Origin: a virus
Taxonomy: Duplodnaviria; Caudoviricetes
Strand: one strand, 5' to 3'
IMG/VR virus record: IMGVR_UViG_3300038679_000032
Span: 516 to 64,515 of that record
DNA length: 64,000 bases
The notes under the pieces were generated by a model. The model was not told the origin of the DNA. It worked only from the letters and a program-made list of their open reading frames with translations, and made no database searches. The position numbers and the translations under genes were made by a program. Of this stretch, positions 58,465 through 64,000 are shown piece after piece (positions within the stretch are counted from its first letter, which is position 1; each line of letters opens with the position of its first letter).

Positions 58465-59126
58465 TAGATAAACCCTCCATGTGGTCCCATTGTTGCATCA
58501 GTTCCCTGATACATATTGGAATGAATCTTCATGTCTGAAATGGCTTTTCGGAACAGTTTAAGATGTATGTCTGATTTCTGGGCATCGTAGGTTCGGTCCC
58601 CCCACTTTAAGTATGCCTGATAACAGATCCCGTCTATGATCGCATGATGGAATTGGACGGGGATTTCCGGTTCGTCCGTGTCAAGGGCCATATCGTCTTG
58701 GGGGTATCGAATGACGCTTAAATTAAGCGTATAGTCGTCATCAGGGGGCGGATAGAGGGTAATGTACCCATGCCTGTAATCGAGGATGTAAGTGGACGGC
58801 TCGGCGGAATCGGCGTCCCGCCACCCCGGATACATCCTGTCCATCTCCATCTTTGTTTTCTTCGTTAAGGATAAGTCCGAATCAGTAAGTTTCGCATTTG
58901 TGACATAGATAATCGTTTCATCTAATTCGTAATCAAGGGTATCTTCCTCTACATCTATATTACAAATAGAATCTGTAGTGGAATCTTCAAGAACCTTCCC
59001 GTCCCGGCAGATAATCTTCTCCGCTTCATTGGCGTAAAGATTCAGCTCCACATCCAGCCACGCGTGGATTTTCTCATAATCATTGAGTCTATACCGGGTA
59101 TAGTCACGGATATTTTTCAGGTTCAT
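58464..59126 (-). CDS. Head-tail adaptor paralogue
   Basis: IRDYTRYRLND...YANEAE...IPVQFHHAI. Confidence 0.72.
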   Translation of the reverse strand: MNLKNIRDYTRYRLNDYEKIHAWLDVELNLYANEAEKIICRDGKVLEDSTTDSICNIDVEEDTLDYELDETIIYVTNAKLTDSDLSLTKKTKMEMDRMYPGWRDADSAEPSTYILDYRHGYITLYPPPDDDYTLNLSVIRYPQDDMALDTDEPEIPVQFHHAIIDGICYQAYLKWGDRTYDAQKSDIHLKLFRKAISDMKIHSNMYQGTDATMGPHGGFI

Positions 59127-59196
59127 AATGGCTCCGGGGGTAAGGGGCGGGAGAGTCCCAGTCTATACTGTAGACTCCCCTCGCCCGTGTTAAAAA

Positions 59197-60027
59197 CTAC
59201 GCCCTCAACTGCGCGGCAGCCCACCAGTCAATGTCAAGGTTCTCAGCCGCCCCGGACCCGATCTTCACCCCGAAGGTCGGGCACATACTCACGGAAATGG
59301 GGAAGTTGGTCGCCGTGACATACACAGAAGTATCCAGCTTGGCCCCGTTAAGGTAGAAATACACCCTTCCCAAAACAGACTTCATGCCAAACTTGATCCA
59401 CGCCGCAGTAGCCGTTCCAGCCGTGGCATCCACCGCAACTCTCGCCCCGGCAGACTTCTGATGAATCGTCTGAATAACAGCATTTGCAGCACCGGACGCC
59501 GCAGAGATGATCTGGAACCCAATGGAGTTGATAACCTTCAAAACCATGTCGTTAGTGTTCATCAGGTCCGCACCGACTTCCGTGGCCCCGGCAAGGCCAA
59601 TGAAAATCCCGTGTTCCGCTGTAACCTGAGACGGTTTCAGTCTCGCTTCAAACCACCAGTTATAAAACGGGTCCGTTGCCGCATCCATCAGAATGATCCC
59701 GGACGCCTGATTGTACACCACAAACTCCTCGTCATTGTCCGTTCCGGAAAGGGCCATCCTACCAACCCCGCCCCGCTGACCTGTGAGAGAAGTGAAGGTA
59801 TCCGTGGTGTCCGTGTAAAGCGTGTACGGGAATCCCGTCGCCTGAACAATAGGAAAATCGTCCATGACAAAAAGACCCAAGGTAGGGTCCACTTTCAAAC
59901 TTCCAATGGGGCAATCATCCCAAATGTCCGGGGAAAGACCCGCCCCTGCCGCCGTTCCACCCGTGATGTGGAGTTTATTTATGCTCGCTTTTGTAGCCCT
60001 AAAGTCCTCGTATCGTGCCATTTTCAA
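59197..60027 (-). CDS. Virion structural protein (beta-rich)
   Basis: Position after the capsid genes. Confidence 0.55.
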   Translation of the reverse strand: MKMARYEDFRATKASINKLHITGGTAAGAGLSPDIWDDCPIGSLKVDPTLGLFVMDDFPIVQATGFPYTLYTDTTDTFTSLTGQRGGVGRMALSGTDNDEEFVVYNQASGIILMDAATDPFYNWWFEARLKPSQVTAEHGIFIGLAGATEVGADLMNTNDMVLKVINSIGFQIISAASGAANAVIQTIHQKSAGARVAVDATAGTATAAWIKFGMKSVLGRVYFYLNGAKLDTSVYVTATNFPISVSMCPTFGVKIGSGAAENLDIDWWAAAQLRA

Positions 60028-60084
60028 ACCTCCGAGTAAGTCGAGGTGGGGGAATGATAGCGACCCCCACCTCTACAGGTTAAA

Positions 60085-60573
60085 CTACGGATTGAGGTCC
60101 AGAACGAGGGCATAGACATCCACGACAGCCTCGGTAAACCCACCCGTGGCGGTAAGGATGTCAATGGTATCTGCCGTAGCAGCCAAATACCCGCCAGTCG
60201 CCCTGTAAGAACTTGCATCTATTCCTGAATCAACAGCCTTGATCCCGGTGGATGTAATCACAACAGCGGAAACAAATCCGCCCGTGAATCCGCCGGTAAT
60301 GCCAAGAGCCATCGTTGATGTCGGTGCCGTGGACTCCACCGTGATAACATCGAGCCACGCCGCAAGAACAATGGTTCCCGCCTTGACGTAGATCGCTTCA
60401 TAGACATCCGCAGCCGCGCCGGTGATCCCATCCTTAGAGCAATCAATCCGCCGTTTCAGGATGCCCATCTTGCTCGTAAAGCCAAAGGGCAGTTGAGTAC
60501 CGATGTCGGTGGTGACGTTTGTGGGGTCAAGACCAGTCCCCTGATCGTACCCTGTGTAATTAACAGTAGCCAT
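60085..60573 (-). CDS. Capsid decoration/cement-like protein
   Basis: 162 aa beta-rich, directly after the capsid gene. Confidence 0.6.
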   Translation of the reverse strand: MATVNYTGYDQGTGLDPTNVTTDIGTQLPFGFTSKMGILKRRIDCSKDGITGAAADVYEAIYVKAGTIVLAAWLDVITVESTAPTSTMALGITGGFTGGFVSAVVITSTGIKAVDSGIDASSYRATGGYLAATADTIDILTATGGFTEAVVDVYALVLDLNP

Positions 60574-60599
60574 ATCTTATCCTCCTTTCTATAGAGTCT

Positions 60600-61541
60600 C
60601 TACTTACGGCAGTACAGGTATCCAAGAGCCTGGCCCTTGACCACCTTGTAGCCATAAACCATCAACCCTCTTACAATCGTGTCAAAAGACTCGGTAGAAC
60701 GGAGGGATTCGGTTTTCGTCAACTGAGCCGCAAAAGAAATCGCGTCACGGGTTCCAAACAGAGCATAGTAAGACTTGAACCCACTCGCATCAGTCGCCGC
60801 CGCAACGGTATTGACCTGATTCGACCCGTACACCACGAACCGATCAATACCACCCACAAGACCCGTCCTCACAATAGACTTCGGGTCCCCCATCATGGAC
60901 GCATCCTTGATGTCGCTCTTTTTAATCATCCCGCTTGCCCACGCGGGAAGAACGAGCCAACGGCCTTCCTCCGGGACATCGTTCTCATCCAGCACCGTTC
61001 CGCAATCAACGATGTAATCGAGAACATTGTCCTTCGTCAACTGAATCGGGGAACCGGACGCGCCAAGATTGAACGCGGCGGAAATCTTACCCGCAGTAGC
61101 CCCGTAGTTGTAGGAATTTGCATCCGCAGCCACCCCCGCCAGAACATCAGCGTCAATGGCAATCTTGAGCTGCTGGGCCGCGTCCCCAGTCCACTTGTTC
61201 AGAAGGTCGATGTCGGACTGAACCTTGTCCACATCGTCTAACAGGATGTTCCAGCCACGCCCCTTGTCGATGAGCATTTCCACATCGGCAGACTCAGGAC
61301 GCTGTTTCGGGAGAACCATACCCTTGTTGTAAGCAAAGGTCGTGATGTCAGGAATCGTGCGGATATAAATTTTATCCCCGCCGCCCTTAATTTCTCCCTC
61401 GTGGTCGGTATTACACAGAGCCGTGGCAATGGCCTTAGTGTAATACTTCTTGAGAATCTTCGAGGACCAGATTTCAGGCAAAAACTTACTGGTCCCCGCA
61501 CTTGAATAATCGGGATGCCCTGCGGCACGTGCTACACTCAT
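60600..61541 (-). CDS. Major capsid protein (HK97 fold)
   Basis: FLPEIWS, EGEI..GGD, LDENDVPEEGRW, GLMVYGYKV. Confidence 0.92.
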   Translation of the reverse strand: MSVARAAGHPDYSSAGTSKFLPEIWSSKILKKYYTKAIATALCNTDHEGEIKGGGDKIYIRTIPDITTFAYNKGMVLPKQRPESADVEMLIDKGRGWNILLDDVDKVQSDIDLLNKWTGDAAQQLKIAIDADVLAGVAADANSYNYGATAGKISAAFNLGASGSPIQLTKDNVLDYIVDCGTVLDENDVPEEGRWLVLPAWASGMIKKSDIKDASMMGDPKSIVRTGLVGGIDRFVVYGSNQVNTVAAATDASGFKSYYALFGTRDAISFAAQLTKTESLRSTESFDTIVRGLMVYGYKVVKGQALGYLYCRK

Positions 61542-61574
61542 AGTGACCTCCTATATGAGGGCACCCGAAAACTG

Positions 61575-62576
61575 CTATACTAAAGTTCCTTTCAGAATTG
61601 CCGCGTCGAAAAGAGCTTCAACTTGAGCTTCCGTCTTTCCGCCCCAATCGTTTGGATTGAAACGGTATCGCGGGTTCATAAACTTTATGTATTGAGTTTT
61701 CGTGAGCCCTGTCTGGCTCGCCTTGTTAGGGGGGGTTGGACCCCCAGAACGAGGTGGAGCCGTGAACTTGTTAAGTTTGTCCGGTTGAGGTTCTGTGTTC
61801 CCATCCGGTTCCGGTGGCGTTTTGGACGCCTTGAAGTCGAGGAAGAACTGAGAAAGGGTTTTCGCGTCGAGGTCGCGTGCGGCGAATCTCAAAAGGTCTA
61901 ACTTGGTCGCCTTGGTATAAGGCACGGGAGCATTCAGCCATTCCAGAAATTCCGGGTCCTGGTCAACTTGTCTCCAATCGGCGGCACCGTATTCACGCAT
62001 CGCAAGGTCGAAACGGTCCTGTTTGCTCAACTGGATGTCGTCTTTGACGCTTTTGATGTCTGCGGAAATTCCGGTTTCCAATTCCTTTCGGAGTTTTGCG
62101 ATTTCGTCCCGATGTTCCTCCTTCATCTTTTTGATGAGCTTGGCGACTTCGGGATTCACTTCCGCTACCGAATCCATCTCCGGGTCCGATTCCTCTTTGG
62201 GGGGCTTTTTGACAGTCTCCTCCAATTCTGAAATCCTTCGTGTGAGTGATTCGGCATAATCCTTCCACTGACCGACTTCGGCACTCAATCTTGGAACTTC
62301 GGCTTTATACTTCCCGTCAAGAGTCTGATACTTCTGTTTCCAGTCTATATCGCTCTTGACCTCTTCCTTTGGCGGCGTTACGACTTCTTTTACTTCCGCA
62401 ACGGGTTCCTCTTTCTGTGGAGTTTCGTCGGCCACCACTTCCGGTGTTTCCGGTTCTGGCGTTTCGGCTACTTCCTCTGGTTTATCAGTCTCCTTTTCTT
62501 CGGGCTGATAAACCTCTTTCCACAGCTGTTCCGCCTTCTCTTCCGCCTTCTCCAACTTCTTTTCAATGTAACTCAT
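61575..62576 (-). CDS. Scaffolding protein
   Basis: Acidic Pro/Glu-rich, KYKAEVPRL, coiled coil, directly upstream of the capsid gene. Confidence 0.75.
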   Translation of the reverse strand: MSYIEKKLEKAEEKAEQLWKEVYQPEEKETDKPEEVAETPEPETPEVVADETPQKEEPVAEVKEVVTPPKEEVKSDIDWKQKYQTLDGKYKAEVPRLSAEVGQWKDYAESLTRRISELEETVKKPPKEESDPEMDSVAEVNPEVAKLIKKMKEEHRDEIAKLRKELETGISADIKSVKDDIQLSKQDRFDLAMREYGAADWRQVDQDPEFLEWLNAPVPYTKATKLDLLRFAARDLDAKTLSQFFLDFKASKTPPEPDGNTEPQPDKLNKFTAPPRSGGPTPPNKASQTGLTKTQYIKFMNPRYRFNPNDWGGKTEAQVEALFDAAILKGTLV

Positions 62577-62865
62577 AGTATCCTCCTTGTGGGCCATAAA
62601 GGTCTCCACGGTTACGGGGGCGGGTTATCCGTCTCCCCTTGGTGTCTTGTGGCCGGAACCTCAACCGGCCCGCTTTGTTTCCCGACCCCACGTTTCTTAT
62701 GTTTCGATTCGGCCCCGGTTCGCTCCGGTTAGGAGAGGTGATATGCGTCGGGCAAAGAAAAAGGGGCATCGAAGGTTCGGCTCCGAACAGCCCCTTAATT
62801 CTTTCTTTCGTCCCCTTTGAGTTGGCCGACCCGCAGGAGAACCCGATTATGTCAAAGAACAACCA

Positions 62866-63087
62866 CTAACACACCGTCCACGGTTGCCAATATGGATAAT
62901 GTGGGTACGGTGGATAATATGGTGTCGGATAAGGATATGGGATATATTCCTTTTTTGTTTGTTTTTCAAACTCATCTGCAATTTTCTTGAACGCATTCAA
63001 CTCTTCTTTCGCACCTAACTTCCCCCGAAGTTCCGCAACTTCCCTTTCCAAATCCGCTATCCTTTTTTCCGTTTCTTCCTGTGTCAT
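62866..63087 (-). CDS. Small coiled-coil protein with Tyr/Pro-rich tail
   Basis: GGAGG SD preceded by a palindrome copy. Confidence 0.65.
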   Translation of the reverse strand: MTQEETEKRIADLEREVAELRGKLGAKEELNAFKKIADEFEKQTKKEYIPYPYPTPYYPPYPHYPYWQPWTVC

Positions 63088-63128
63088 AAATATCCTCCCC
63101 CCTCAAAGAACAGTCTATACTATAGACT

Positions 63129-63494
63129 CTACGATTCCATAAAGTTAGCCACGGTTGCCCCGCTTAATCCTGCCCCACTATAGGTGATGTTCGCATAGAT
63201 GGTCGTTTCCCCGCTAATCACCGGCAATGGAATGCGATAATTGCCGGAACTTGAAATAACCATCGTATAAGCGGATAGGGCGGTTCCATTAAGTGATGTG
63301 TGCCTGTACTTGTCACTCGCATGAAGGGAGGTGTTCAGGGCGTCAAATGTAATCGTAATGTGCGTATCGGTCCCCTGAGTGTACTTGACATACAGGACAA
63401 CCCCATTACTTTGAATAGTACGATATGCGACTACGAACGAGGGGTCGGTTCCCGATTTGGTTCCTGTGCTACTTGTCACGACATTAGCAGCCAT
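63129..63494 (-). CDS. Small beta-rich hypothetical protein
   Basis: GGAGG SD. Confidence 0.65.
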   Translation of the reverse strand: MAANVVTSSTGTKSGTDPSFVVAYRTIQSNGVVLYVKYTQGTDTHITITFDALNTSLHASDKYRHTSLNGTALSAYTMVISSSGNYRIPLPVISGETTIYANITYSGAGLSGATVANFMES

Positions 63495-63496
63495 GA

Positions 63497-63751
63497 TTAT
63501 CCTCCTTTTTCCATGCGTTTAGCGTCTTTCGCGTTTTCTCGGTATTCGTCCACTTTCTTTATGTGTTTCAATATGTCCTCTAATTCAAGGCATCGGCCCT
63601 GAGTCTTTATCGTCACTTCCCCTGTATTGGAGTTATTCCCCACACTCTGTTTTAGCCATGAGCTTTCTATCCAACTCACAATCTCAGCCCAGAAGTCATT
63701 GTGTTCAAGGGCTTTGATGGCTCTGATTACGTTTTCAGAGGGGCGAATCAT
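63497..63751 (-). CDS. Small portal-adjacent protein
   Basis: W..I..W...QGR...LE pattern usual between portal and scaffold. Confidence 0.6.
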   Translation of the reverse strand: MIRPSENVIRAIKALEHNDFWAEIVSWIESSWLKQSVGNNSNTGEVTIKTQGRCLELEDILKHIKKVDEYRENAKDAKRMEKGG

Positions 63752-64000
63752 CGTCCGATATTCCTCATTCTTCGCATCCGTTCAAGATAGGCCAATTCTT
63801 CGGGGCTGAAGGTTCCCTGCATCGTCCCCGTGAGTGGGCGTCCAATCCTGCCTACAGGAGCAACGGGGGGAGAAACGGGAGGGCTTGGGGGTGTGGGGGG
63901 AACATTGATTCCCGTTTCGTATCCCGGCACCAATGGGGCAGACGGAGGAGCGGATTGCGCCCCATCTCCCGGCATTGGCCCTATGCGCCCACGCAAATAC
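63748..64000 (-). CDS. 5'-partial Pro-rich ORF (portal C-terminal tail or the gene following it)
   Basis: Frame is open to the window edge. Confidence 0.45.
   Translation of the reverse strand, partial: YLRGRIGPMPGDGAQSAPPSAPLVPGYETGINVPPTPPSPPVSPPVAPVGRIGRPLTGTMQGTFSPEELAYLERMRRMRNIGR

Larger units (their letters stand above)
2777..63127. repeat. Dispersed 15-bp palindrome GTCTA-N5-TAGAC, 16 copies
   Basis: Starts at 2777, 5963, 8272, 13022, 15804, 17180, 21696, 22521, 27202, 34962, 37618, 38040, 42041, 45108, 59161, 63113 (found by eye). Confidence 0.92.

Noticed and set aside
1-64000. Genome-wide stop-codon reassignment
   Set aside because: Genes are full length in code 11, Trp is TGG, and TGA/TAG end many coupled genes; only one in-frame TGA was found
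1-64000. Diversity-generating retroelement, integrase/att site, DNA or RNA polymerase
   Set aside because: No RT (YxDD), tyrosine/serine recombinase or polymerase motifs recognised in any ORF

Overview
This window is almost certainly a near-complete genome of a tailed dsDNA phage with a podovirus-like gene set: portal, GpA-type terminase, scaffold, capsid, adaptor/nozzle and large ejection-type proteins, with no tape measure or sheath recognised. It starts inside the portal gene and ends just downstream of where the portal should finish, so the genome is probably circularly permuted and only slightly longer than 64 kb (inference). Layout: packaging and accessory genes on - (1-9.5 kb); a ~0.9 kb non-coding, strand-skewed control region; small early genes on + (10.5-14.5 kb); a - block with NinG-like nuclease, DNA methyltransferase, primase-helicase and XRE regulator; a + block with SSB-like protein, HNH cassette, Cas4-like nuclease and candidate ncRNAs; then one long - late operon with lysis genes, a ~10 kb sugar-modification island and virion genes. 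I recognised no integrase, DNA/RNA polymerase, tRNA or CRISPR array. Strongest signals: (1) five virion genes carry about 4 kb of codon-diversified (Ser-Pro-Ser-X)n mucin-like repeats next to four glycosyltransferase genes, a sugar epimerase, a DegT aminotransferase and three methyltransferases, suggesting a phage-encoded virion O-glycosylation system; (2) 16 perfect copies of the palindrome GTCTA-N5-TAGAC are spread genome-wide, often in a stop-motif-SD-ATG arrangement; (3) an in-frame TGA sits at a Cys-like position with a SECIS-like hairpin behind it (candidate phage selenoprotein); (4) a GIY-YIG homing endonuclease is fused in frame inside a glycosyltransferase with no intein; (5) an HNH cassette has rebuilt a synonymously recoded copy of the 5' end of the gene it invaded; (6) a head-tail adaptor paralogue is split by an inserted beta-propeller module. 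All family assignments come from motif recognition by eye, with no database search.
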